Positions 16,258-24,929 of a stretch of DNA of 64,000 bases are shown here, in pieces. A program made the position numbers and the translations under genes. Location of the stretch: positions 96,001 to 160,000 of the IMG/VR virus record IMGVR_UViG_3300037484_000445, one strand, 5' to 3'. Numbering within the stretch: position 1 is the stretch's first letter; each line of letters begins with the position of its first letter. The DNA is from a virus (taxonomy: Duplodnaviria; Heunggongvirae; Uroviricota; Caudoviricetes). Under the pieces are notes generated by a model. The model was not told the origin of the DNA, made no database searches, and saw only the letters and a program-made list of their open reading frames with translations.

Positions 16258-19200
16258 ATGCAACTCACAGAGCAACCCATGGCTATCGTGGCGGCGGAAG
16301 AAGAAACTGAGGAGCCCCTTGGTGAATTCCAAGTCGCTGAATACATCATTTTCATTCTTGCCCTCGATACATACATGCGGTACGCCGAGGAAACCTCGGG
16401 GGTTGATGACATTGAAGACCAAGTCATTCATAAGGGTATGCGTATCCTACGTATGGCTGAGACGGAGATTGAACGTCTTCAAGCTTTTCTTCAGGAGCAT
16501 CTCGAGACTAACACTCAACAGTCAATGCTCCGTCGTGCCCTGACTATGACGGTGGCCACGACTGCAGGGATCTCGAGGAGAGCCTTGCAGTTCAGGACTC
16601 TTCTATCGAGGGGTGGGCCAGCTACAATCAAGGGGATCTTCACCTCACAGAAGTATATTCGACAGGTTCGTGAGGCCATCACGGCTTCAACGCTCTCTGA
16701 TGCTGATGCTGCCTTGGACGTCTTTGCTGCCCTGCCTATAAAGAACGCCAGGATGCGCAATTGGATCGACATAGCAGCCAAGCAGGCTGGTTCGGGCATA
16801 GCAGCTCCGGCGCCTGTGGACAATGCAGCCAATGAGGTAGTAGCTGCTCCCGAGATCACGAACACGAGTTTGCAAGGGGCTGCGGCTTCTGGAGCTTCTG
16901 ACGCCAAGGATTCTCAAGACAATCGGGCAGCCATGCTCTCGAGGGTTCAGACCGATGCCACGGAGGCTGCCCGAAAATCCTTGGAAATCAACCAGCAACC
17001 GGACACGCCCCCTATTCAGTCCGAGGTTGTTGGTATTGCCACGGCAGCAGCCGTAGCGGCCATCAGCGACCCGCTTCTCTCTCAGAACGTCCCAGCCCCC
17101 CTACGTAAGCTAGACGACGAGCAGAGGGCAGCAGCGGTCACGGATGGCAGGGTCCTCGTAGCGGCCGGTGCTGGCGCTGGTAAATCGACGACCCTTGTAG
17201 CCAGGATCGAGTATCTTGTAAAGGATCGACGAGTTCTCCCGAGTCGTATCCTGGCCACATCCTTCAACAAAAAGGCAGCCAGCGAGCTGAGAGAAAAGAT
17301 TGGCCGGACATCAGGTGGTGATGCCCTGACCCAAATGAGCGTCGGTACCATGCACGGGTTGTTCCGGAAGTTCATTGGTAGCTACGGAACCACTGCCGAA
17401 CAGATCGCCGTTGGTGCCTCACGAAGTCCTAATGGGTTCATTGAGGGGGGTGCTTCTGTAGCTCGTACGGTACAACGTATGTGGGAAGAGTGCTACGGGA
17501 AAGACGAGCCAGCACCTAAGCTCAAAGATGTCATGCGTTACAAGAGCTTGTGGGCAGGGAACAACATTCCTCCAGCTCAAGCTCGGGCAGAGGCCAAGAC
17601 TAAAAAAGAATCTGAGGCAGCCCTTTGGTACGAAATGTATGAAGGGCTCAAGGGAGCCATTCCTGGGTGGGATCCTCCTTGTAGAGGTCGAGCCTATGAA
17701 GGCTTCATGGCACGCTACCGTCCTCGAGACATTCGTCTAGGAGACTTTGACGACATGTTGAACATCTTCCACGCGGTTCTCAAGCGGGAACCAGCCGTAA
17801 GGAAGACTATTCAATCCATGTACGACCACATCATGGTCGATGAGGCCCAGGATCGTAATGCCGTTCAAGCCGAAATCATCGATATGATCTCGGAGCACAT
17901 AGGTGACGGTTCTGACGGACGATCACTTTGGGTTGTGGGCGACGACAAGCAATGTGTTCAAGAGGACACTCCTATCTCAATTGATGAAGAGCATCAAGTC
18001 CCAGCTAAAGACCTCAAGGAGGGGGATACTGTCCTATCTTACCGAAACGGATCCTTGGTTAAACAGGTGGTTCGTTGTGTTAAACCCAGTTTTTGGGCGT
18101 CCGGTTATTGTATCACAACATCTAGTGGTCGAAGCCTCACAATGTCTCCAAACCACAAGATCTGGGCTCAAAGCCCAGTACTTAGTGGTAATCAAGTAGC
18201 TGTCTACCTGATGTTCCGCAAGGACTTTGGCTTTCGCGTAGGCATCACTAATAAGTGTCATGATGAGGAGTATCTGAATTCCTTTGGTGGTCGAGCTTTC
18301 ATGGAGAAAGCTGAACGTATGTGGATTTTGGAGGTGTGCCAAGACCGTGAGACAGCCCTTCTCGTTGAAGCTCGCTATTCTCTCAAATACGGCGTACCAA
18401 CAGCGGTGTTTGGTGGAGAGAATCGCGGACTCAACCAAGATCGTATAGATCAGCTATTCAAGGAGTTTGGTGCTAACGGGTATCAGGTTTTGGAGGCTAA
18501 ACACTTGAGCTTCGACCTCCCTCATTGGCTTAGTCAATCTTACACCAAACACGGTCGAGGTCGGCGTACTGTCCAGATGACGGCACATGGGGGTAAGGGC
18601 TCACAAGTGAGCTTAGAGTGGTCTGGCGACGACTTGGACTCTAAATTAGAGCATGTGGCATTCCATCAGAATGGCGAACGTCGTCGAATTCGAAAGTGGT
18701 TTGCTAGCTATCGAGAAGCTCTGGATTTTGCTGAACACGTTTCGGAACTTGCTGAAGCCAATCTATCTCGTCGACTGTCGACAGATAGTGGTGTGATTCG
18801 TTTGCTTACAGCATCGGGGCTATTCCCGGGTATGCAAGTTGCTGTTCTTGATACAGGTACAGTGTGTTTGGAGGAAATACTCTCAGTTGAAGAGGTCAAG
18901 GGCTCGTTCATCGATCTGGATGTTGATGATGCCTCTAACTTTTTTGGTGGGGGTATTCTCTCACACAACAGTATTTACGGATTCCGTGGAGCCCGACCAG
19001 ACTTGTTCTCCGATTTGAATGGTAAAGAGGGTTGGAAGACCCGAATGATTCGCACTAACTATCGCTGTGAGCCAGAGATCGTTGAAGCTGCTAATCGTTT
19101 GGTTGCTCACAATGAGGGGCAGATTCCAATGGAAGCCGTCCCGAGTCCGCACAAGACTCGAGGAGTTGGCAGCATTGCGGTGACCAATCCCAGTGATGAA

Positions 19201-20514
19201 GCTGAGGGCGCCATCCAGGTTGCTAGTGAGATCAAAGCTAACTTGGACATTGGCGGCAATGTGACGGATAATGCCGTCTTATGTCGCACCAACCGAGAGA
19301 TTCATGCTTACGAGACGGCATGCATCCTTCGGGGTATACCGTATGCACGCAAGGGTGTTTCCAGCTTTTTAGGATCCCCCGAAACCAATGCCTTTTTGGG
19401 CTACATTCAATTGGTCACGGGCACCGATTTTGAAAAGATGCAGAAGGCTTTGGGTAACATCATCAACCGTCCGAACCGGTTCTTCATATCGCCCAAGGTT
19501 GGTGAAGAGGCTGTTTCTGGCGCTCTTGTGGATTACGCTCGTAGTACCAGGTCAGACCTGAAGCACGTCAATCCTGTCACAGCTCTGCAAGACAGGCAGT
19601 TTCAGAGGATTCTTGCGGGTAAGTTGACGGGCACCTTCTCTGGTTTCAAGTTTGAGAAGGCTGTTGAGCAACTACAATCGATTTACTCATCACTTGCTCA
19701 GATGCAAGCTAACTCATCAGATCCCGGGTATACAACGAAGGTGATGTTCGATGACATCTTGGCCTTGAATGGTGTCGTAACGGTCACTGACCCCAACACT
19801 CAACGTGTCAAGTACGTTGAGCAATCCCTGCGAGAGACGCTTCAGATCGAGATGCGTGATGCTACGGGCGATGACTCTGAGGATGAGGTTGAGGACGAGG
19901 ATGATGAGACCAAGGGCCTAGGTAACATTGCTTTCCTTTACCAACTCATCCAAAAGGATCCTACCGATCCCGGGGATCTTGCCGATGACCCTAATACTCC
20001 TGTAGGGTTTAAGGCCAAGATTGAGCGATATGCAGCGAAGATGAAAGACCTTCGCACAGACATCTCCAAGTGGGATAAGGAGCAAGAGAGTCTCCCACCT
20101 GAGAAACGCTCTCCGCCACCAGGTGTGTACTTGGGCACGGTCCACAGCGTCAAGGGAGCTCAATGGGCTAACACATATGTGTCCATGCCCAAAGGAAAGT
20201 TCCCGTTCGAACCTCCTAAGCAACCAGGAGTTGCTGTCATCGACGATAAGGCCCAACAGGATCAAGAAGAGAGTGAACGTCGTTTGGCCTACGTGGCTTT
20301 GACTCGGGCGGCCAAGTCACTCACAGTGATTTGCCCTAAGTCCGTTGGTGGTAAAGCTGCCGGCATCAGCCCCTTCGTAGCTGAAGCTGGGTTGACGGTT
20401 GGCCAGAATGTGCAACGTCCAGGAAAGCCGATAGAAGCCCCCGTTGGAGAAGAGGAACCCATCAAGACTGCTGAAGTTCTTGAGTGGCATCCAGAGTACG
20501 AGGAGACAGCTTAA
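16258..20514 (+). CDS. uvrD: UvrD/PcrA/Rep superfamily 1 helicase, intein-containing, with about 280-aa N-terminal extension
   Basis: LDDEQRAA (Q motif), AGAGAGKST (Walker A), SFNKKAA, TMHG, VDEAQD (Walker B), GDDKQ/SIYGFRGA (motif III, split by the intein), NYRC, LCRTN, TVHSVKG, ERRLAYVALTRA. Confidence 0.93.
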   Translation: MQLTEQPMAIVAAEEETEEPLGEFQVAEYIIFILALDTYMRYAEETSGVDDIEDQVIHKGMRILRMAETEIERLQAFLQEHLETNTQQSMLRRALTMTVATTAGISRRALQFRTLLSRGGPATIKGIFTSQKYIRQVREAITASTLSDADAALDVFAALPIKNARMRNWIDIAAKQAGSGIAAPAPVDNAANEVVAAPEITNTSLQGAAASGASDAKDSQDNRAAMLSRVQTDATEAARKSLEINQQPDTPPIQSEVVGIATAAAVAAISDPLLSQNVPAPLRKLDDEQRAAAVTDGRVLVAAGAGAGKSTTLVARIEYLVKDRRVLPSRILATSFNKKAASELREKIGRTSGGDALTQMSVGTMHGLFRKFIGSYGTTAEQIAVGASRSPNGFIEGGASVARTVQRMWEECYGKDEPAPKLKDVMRYKSLWAGNNIPPAQARAEAKTKKESEAALWYEMYEGLKGAIPGWDPPCRGRAYEGFMARYRPRDIRLGDFDDMLNIFHAVLKREPAVRKTIQSMYDHIMVDEAQDRNAVQAEIIDMISEHIGDGSDGRSLWVVGDDKQCVQEDTPISIDEEHQVPAKDLKEGDTVLSYRNGSLVKQVVRCVKPSFWASGYCITTSSGRSLTMSPNHKIWAQSPVLSGNQVAVYLMFRKDFGFRVGITNKCHDEEYLNSFGGRAFMEKAERMWILEVCQDRETALLVEARYSLKYGVPTAVFGGENRGLNQDRIDQLFKEFGANGYQVLEAKHLSFDLPHWLSQSYTKHGRGRRTVQMTAHGGKGSQVSLEWSGDDLDSKLEHVAFHQNGERRRIRKWFASYREALDFAEHVSELAEANLSRRLSTDSGVIRLLTASGLFPGMQVAVLDTGTVCLEEILSVEEVKGSFIDLDVDDASNFFGGGILSHNSIYGFRGARPDLFSDLNGKEGWKTRMIRTNYRCEPEIVEAANRLVAHNEGQIPMEAVPSPHKTRGVGSIAVTNPSDEAEGAIQVASEIKANLDIGGNVTDNAVLCRTNREIHAYETACILRGIPYARKGVSSFLGSPETNAFLGYIQLVTGTDFEKMQKALGNIINRPNRFFISPKVGEEAVSGALVDYARSTRSDLKHVNPVTALQDRQFQRILAGKLTGTFSGFKFEKAVEQLQSIYSSLAQMQANSSDPGYTTKVMFDDILALNGVVTVTDPNTQRVKYVEQSLRETLQIEMRDATGDDSEDEVEDEDDETKGLGNIAFLYQLIQKDPTDPGDLADDPNTPVGFKAKIERYAAKMKDLRTDISKWDKEQESLPPEKRSPPPGVYLGTVHSVKGAQWANTYVSMPKGKFPFEPPKQPGVAVIDDKAQQDQEESERRLAYVALTRAAKSLTVICPKSVGGKAAGISPFVAEAGLTVGQNVQRPGKPIEAPVGEEEPIKTAEVLEWHPEYEETA
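17953..18969 (+). mobile_element. intein (339 aa) in helicase motif III with a central endonuclease-like domain
   Basis: Starts with Cys (CVQEDTPI) right after GDDKQ. Block B SPNHKIW, block F FIDLDV. Ends HN before Ser(+1) of SIYGFRGA. Removing it restores the canonical motif. Confidence 0.93.
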
Positions 20515-21266
20515 TGGCCGCTCAGTACACAGAGATTTCGTTGGAGGAAATGGAAACCTTTCTGAAGAGGGCTTTCCGTGCTCTACGCCCGAAGCAAGGT
20601 GTCTATAGAAATACCTACTACTTTGATCTTAAGCTGAGCGATAGTGTTGCCATTCGTGTGTGGAGTTCAATTAAGAGACACTCACAGTCAGGAGCTGATG
20701 TAGGTGAGTCCTCTATTAAGATACTGTTGGTGAGTGCTCAGACGGGTCGACCTTTGATGAAGGATAAGTCTCCTATCGTCAAGAGAACTCAAGGCTGGAA
20801 AAACTCACTTCAGGGCAAGATCGAAGACATGATGGAGACCTACGAGGATAAACCCGATTATTGGGATTCTCGAGGTAGCGGCAGGAGTGCTCCAGCGGAG
20901 ATTGCTCCTCAGGAGCGTTACGAGGATCAGGAAGAACCTGATGCTTGGGATTCAGCGGATGAACCCCGTGAGGTTGCCCCACCTCCACGTCCAGCGCCCC
21001 AGAAAGGGGCCCCTATCACGCCCCCACAGCTGAAGTACTTGGGCTTCCTGATGCGAGGACCTAAGGGGCATTCTTCTGAAATTCGTGGGCTTCTCTACGA
21101 TTATGGTATCGAAGAGCCTTATGATTCTGAGGCTCTGGGTCAATTGACGAAGGCTCAGGCGAGCAACTTGATCTCGAGAATGGCCCCCGAACGCCGTTAC
21201 GCTGAAGATGATGAACTTTCAGCGCCTGAACCTTCATACTCCTACGACTTTCGTGGTGTAGATTGA
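20514..21266 (+). CDS. hypothetical protein with C-terminal DUF3072-like helical motif
   Basis: ATG at 20514 coupled to the helicase stop (TAATG). TPPQLKYL...LTKAQASNLISRM motif after an acidic/Pro linker. Confidence 0.7.
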   Translation: MAAQYTEISLEEMETFLKRAFRALRPKQGVYRNTYYFDLKLSDSVAIRVWSSIKRHSQSGADVGESSIKILLVSAQTGRPLMKDKSPIVKRTQGWKNSLQGKIEDMMETYEDKPDYWDSRGSGRSAPAEIAPQERYEDQEEPDAWDSADEPREVAPPPRPAPQKGAPITPPQLKYLGFLMRGPKGHSSEIRGLLYDYGIEEPYDSEALGQLTKAQASNLISRMAPERRYAEDDELSAPEPSYSYDFRGVD

Positions 21267-21270
21267 TCAG

Positions 21271-22083
21271 GTGGAAGAGCTAAAGTTTCAGGTCGTCCTC
21301 GATCGTAACATCGATTCGAAGGTTTCTGGTGTTTTAGCTTTCGGAGATTTCACGACAGAGGATAAAGCTGCGGCCGTATACAGCGTAGATGGTCTGGCTT
21401 CATTCTTCCGAGATTTGATCCTTGGTCGTCCCTACCCACTAGTCTTTGTCGCTCGGGGGATAGACAACTTAGGGACTTTGACGGCTCTGACCTTGTTTTT
21501 GTACCGTGACCTGGCGATAAACCCAGCTACGCCAGGGTTTATCGCCTCTGTGACTCTAGTTGATGGTCTTGGGACTTCTGGGTTAGCCCATCTCGATCGA
21601 GACACCTCGAGATTCCTAAGGTTCATACGAAGTTTTCTACAGGCCGCGCCCGAGAAGGATACTCAGGAAGCTTTAGCTACGGTTGTGGGTTGGATTCGGG
21701 CTTACATCCTGAATGGCGCTTTGCCGGCTTTACCGCCCGCTATTCCCGAACCGCGAATCATCGATCGAGGTACTGACGGTTTCGTTTTTGCTTCGACCAG
21801 CCATCCGGATTTATTGCTGGGGTGGGAAGAGCTTTTTCGTCAAGGGTTTCTACGGGGAGCACTTCTCCAAAAGGTCGAACTTGACCGTTGGCGCGTTCTG
21901 TGTGCCCGTAAGAGCTTTTATTTGGCCTTCGATCTGAAGAAGGTAGCCTCAGCCCTGAATCAGGCCGAGGAGGCCATGGCTGAGCCGGCGGAGTGGGAAA
22001 CGGACGGTTTGTGGCTGAGGGGACCTGAGAAGGGGTCCCTTGTACTACCTTCGGCGCTACTTAATGTTCTCTTGAAAGCGTAA
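21271..22083 (+). CDS. hypothetical protein (possibly a degenerate DHH-phosphoesterase-like fold)
   Basis: 270-aa GTG-start ORF filling the gap. The fold guess is weak and no intact DHH motif is present. Confidence 0.6.
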   Translation: MEELKFQVVLDRNIDSKVSGVLAFGDFTTEDKAAAVYSVDGLASFFRDLILGRPYPLVFVARGIDNLGTLTALTLFLYRDLAINPATPGFIASVTLVDGLGTSGLAHLDRDTSRFLRFIRSFLQAAPEKDTQEALATVVGWIRAYILNGALPALPPAIPEPRIIDRGTDGFVFASTSHPDLLLGWEELFRQGFLRGALLQKVELDRWRVLCARKSFYLAFDLKKVASALNQAEEAMAEPAEWETDGLWLRGPEKGSLVLPSALLNVLLKA

Positions 22084-22123
22084 TTCTTATCGATAGTGCT
22101 TTCGTTTCCCATGCTTAGTAAGC

Positions 22124-22939
22124 ATGGCTAGCAGGCTATTGGTAACGATCGGGACTGACGGAGTCACGGATTGGGTTAGCACCCCCGATGGCCAGAGGTT
22201 TAACCTTGGCGCTGTTTCAGCCCTCAATCTCGTGACACACACGGTTCAAAAAGGCCTAGCTAAGAGCATTTTGGACCAATTCAACCGGCATGGCGAGGTC
22301 ATGGCCTCGGTTGACGAGGGCCAGTTGTGGGAACTGTTAGCCCCTAAGAGGGCTCGTTGGTCTTCCGACGTTAGTTCTTCTATGCCCTCTCATAAGGCAG
22401 AGCCCTCGCAGAGGAAAGAATCCACCATGAATACGCTTTCTGATGACCTTCAGGCAATTGAGCGACACGTTTCGGCCCTAGACCAGGCAGCATCCCGCAA
22501 GGCTACCAACCTGAGTGAGGGTGTTCAGCTTCTCGTCAAGTTGGCAAACAAGATCAAGTCTCCCAATCAGAGCAAAAACCAGACCTATTACAACCTCGGT
22601 GCTCCCGATGTGTACGAAGTTGGCGATAAGGCTGCAAGCGACAAAGCTGTGTCAGCTCCTACCACGTCGGTTCTTTCGTTCGACGTCTACGAGGGTAACT
22701 TGAATCTTGCCAACCAGATTCTCGCTACGGCTGAGGAAACGGTAGGGAAGATTGACGTGCTTGCGGAAGCGGGTCGTCCATTCAATGCCGCCAAGGCCAA
22801 GTTGGATGTTCACGCAGTGACCGTGAAGGTCGCTGGCATCCTAAGGGCGGACCTCACTGCTTCTTGGGTTCGTGACGACCTCGTCAAATTGGCTTCGCGA
22901 GCCAATGAGATCCACAACCTTTTTGCTAGCGCAAAGTAA
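22124..22939 (+). CDS. hypothetical two-domain protein, probable second start at 22427
   Basis: 271-aa ORF. An internal promoter-like motif at 22372-22402 and GAGGAAAG precede in-frame ATG 22427. Confidence 0.7.
   Translation: MASRLLVTIGTDGVTDWVSTPDGQRFNLGAVSALNLVTHTVQKGLAKSILDQFNRHGEVMASVDEGQLWELLAPKRARWSSDVSSSMPSHKAEPSQRKESTMNTLSDDLQAIERHVSALDQAASRKATNLSEGVQLLVKLANKIKSPNQSKNQTYYNLGAPDVYEVGDKAASDKAVSAPTTSVLSFDVYEGNLNLANQILATAEETVGKIDVLAEAGRPFNAAKAKLDVHAVTVKVAGILRADLTASWVRDDLVKLASRANEIHNLFASAK
22372..22402 (+). promoter_or_regulatory. intragenic bipartite motif (candidate late promoter)
   Basis: TAGTTCTTCTAT-N14-CAGAG inside the 22124 gene, upstream of in-frame ATG 22427 and of the tube gene. 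Confidence 0.5.
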
Positions 22940-22970
22940 TTCATCGGATCCAATCCAGAGGAGATGAGTC

Positions 22971-23693
22971 ATGGGAAGACCTACTGATACCACCAACTAT
23001 ATCTACCGTATGGGGACAGCCCCTAACACTCGTGCGGCCATTTCTCAGAAGAACAAGATCTTCGGGTATATGGTTGGAACGAAGGAGTTCCGACAACTGG
23101 GTGTAGTTTCAGAGTTCGGCCACGACGAGTCTCGAACGATTGATCCAGTTCGTGGCGTTGGCTACGGCGATCAAATCGCTGAGCTGGTTCCTGGCGTAAC
23201 GGAGCCAATGACCCTCACCCTCAACAAGACTCTTCTCTACGCTTTGAACTTGTTTCAGGCGCTTGGGTACAAGGGTGGTGTGTCTGGGTTGGTCCGGTCT
23301 CTGAAGCATCACCGATGGCCCTTCGATATCAAGCAAGAACTCGTTTTCTCGGAGATTGCAGCTAGCCAAGACTTGGAAGGTGTCACGGATCAGGCGGCCC
23401 CTGGCGCTAGTGTTCAGGCATCAGGTCAAGAGTTTCTCACTCCCATTCGAGCCTTGTTCACCTTTTATGAGGGTTGCTGGCTCAATAGCTACTCAGCTTC
23501 CTACACGTCGGATGCAGCCATTGTGGCTGAGAACTCCAGCGTGACCGTGACGGACATTATCGACGGACGTAGTCAGTACGGTGAGTTCGTTGACACGGGT
23601 CTTGCTCCGGTTCAGGCCAATGGGGCCGCAGGAACGGGCTTCTCGTTGAGATTCGCTGGTAACAGCTCTCAGGTTGGAACCCCTAACCTATAA
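22971..23693 (+). CDS. tail tube protein
   Basis: SD GAGGAG at 22958-22963. R.IDPVRGVG...ELVPG...LTLNKTLLY...PFDI...YEGCWLNSYS...IVAEN..VTVTD is a contractile-tail tube pattern. Followed by chaperones and tape measure. Confidence 0.85.
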   Translation: MGRPTDTTNYIYRMGTAPNTRAAISQKNKIFGYMVGTKEFRQLGVVSEFGHDESRTIDPVRGVGYGDQIAELVPGVTEPMTLTLNKTLLYALNLFQALGYKGGVSGLVRSLKHHRWPFDIKQELVFSEIAASQDLEGVTDQAAPGASVQASGQEFLTPIRALFTFYEGCWLNSYSASYTSDAAIVAENSSVTVTDIIDGRSQYGEFVDTGLAPVQANGAAGTGFSLRFAGNSSQVGTPNL

Positions 23694-23709
23694 CAGTCAG
23701 AACGGCCCT

Positions 23710-23771
23710 GAGCGGCGACAATGAAGATGTATATGGTTACCTAGTGCTTTGACTAGGTGTTGTCGTCGTTC
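23710..23771 (+). other. structured intergenic element between tube and chaperone genes
   Basis: 13-bp outer stem GAGCGGCGACAAT/GTTGTCGTCGTTC (3 G-U pairs), inner 7-bp stem ACCTAGT/ACTAGGT, and a 16-nt one-sided bulge. Confidence 0.55.
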
Positions 23772-23795
23772 TCCGCCTTAAAAGAGGAGATTTAG

Positions 23796-24929
23796 ATGGC
23801 AACATTGAAGGCAAAGAAGATACGAGGAGCTCTACAGAAGGCGCGAAATGTAGGACGAGCGGAGGAGTCTGTCACTGTTGACGGCTGCACGATCGTCCTA
23901 CAAAGCATGCCTTCCAGTTACTACGATGCTATCCTCAAAGAGGTTGAGGATCTCGAGGGCGCTGAGTACTTACATGAGTACCAGAATGGCTATCTCTGTA
24001 GAGCCATAGTCGAGATCGAAGGGGTAGATCTTCGAGACGTAGACTTCGTGGAAGACGATGTTCCTGCGGGCAACTACGTCGTCAACGCGATCGTTAATAC
24101 TGAGGCCAAAGCCAAAAAGGCTAAGGAAGAACTGGCCAAGCTGGGTATTGACCTAGTACTCGTTCCCCCAGATGGATCTGAAGGGGAGAGGACTATCATG
24201 CTTGAACGGCATGAGTGGATCCGTAACCAGATCAAGACGTGGAGCCAAGAAGCGCTCGCTGTGGCCTGGCGAAAGTATGCCGATGTTGTCGTCATTGGCG
24301 AAGCCCGTGCTCGTGAAAAGGTTGAGTTTAGGACCCCTGACGAGACTAAAGAGGATAAGTTCCGAAGACTTATCTCTGAGGCGAAGGCTTTGGAGAACGA
24401 ATTGCCTTCCGAGATGTTGGCTTCAATCTTGGCCGAGGCTGGGTATCTCCAAAAGACCTCCACAGTTGAGCTAGATGCCACAACGCAGCGTCTTAGGACA
24501 GTTGCTGCCCAGGAGTCCCTGAAGCCTCCATCGAAGCCGGTAGAGCCTGAAGAAGAGGACCTGGAAGAGAAAGTTGAACCCGTCCGCCCAATAATGACTC
24601 CTGAAGCCTTGGCTCAAAGGGTTCGTACACGAACGCCCTTGAATCGTGTGGCCGTGGAAGAGCCCACGCAACAGGTAGATCAACCGGAGCAGTTGGGGCT
24701 TACCTCGGTTCATCCAAATTCAAAAACTGCCAAGATTGCAGAACTTGAGGGTTTCGACCCTACAGATCCAGCCATTACTTCAGGGTACCCTGTCGTGCGG
24801 GATCATATGGAGGTGGCTGAGATTTCTAGGAAGGCTCCTATCGACGGTCGTGGTGCCCGAAGCATCATTGATGCTCCACCGGTAGTAGGCCTCAATCCGA
24901 GATTCCGTCCCCCACCACGTCATGGCTAA
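23796..24929 (+). CDS. putative tail assembly chaperone 1
   Basis: SD GAGGAG. Lies between tube and tape measure. Has a V-DG..I.LQS...LCRAIVEIEG chaperone-like core and a disordered C-terminus. Confidence 0.6.
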   Translation: MATLKAKKIRGALQKARNVGRAEESVTVDGCTIVLQSMPSSYYDAILKEVEDLEGAEYLHEYQNGYLCRAIVEIEGVDLRDVDFVEDDVPAGNYVVNAIVNTEAKAKKAKEELAKLGIDLVLVPPDGSEGERTIMLERHEWIRNQIKTWSQEALAVAWRKYADVVVIGEARAREKVEFRTPDETKEDKFRRLISEAKALENELPSEMLASILAEAGYLQKTSTVELDATTQRLRTVAAQESLKPPSKPVEPEEEDLEEKVEPVRPIMTPEALAQRVRTRTPLNRVAVEEPTQQVDQPEQLGLTSVHPNSKTAKIAELEGFDPTDPAITSGYPVVRDHMEVAEISRKAPIDGRGARSIIDAPPVVGLNPRFRPPPRHG

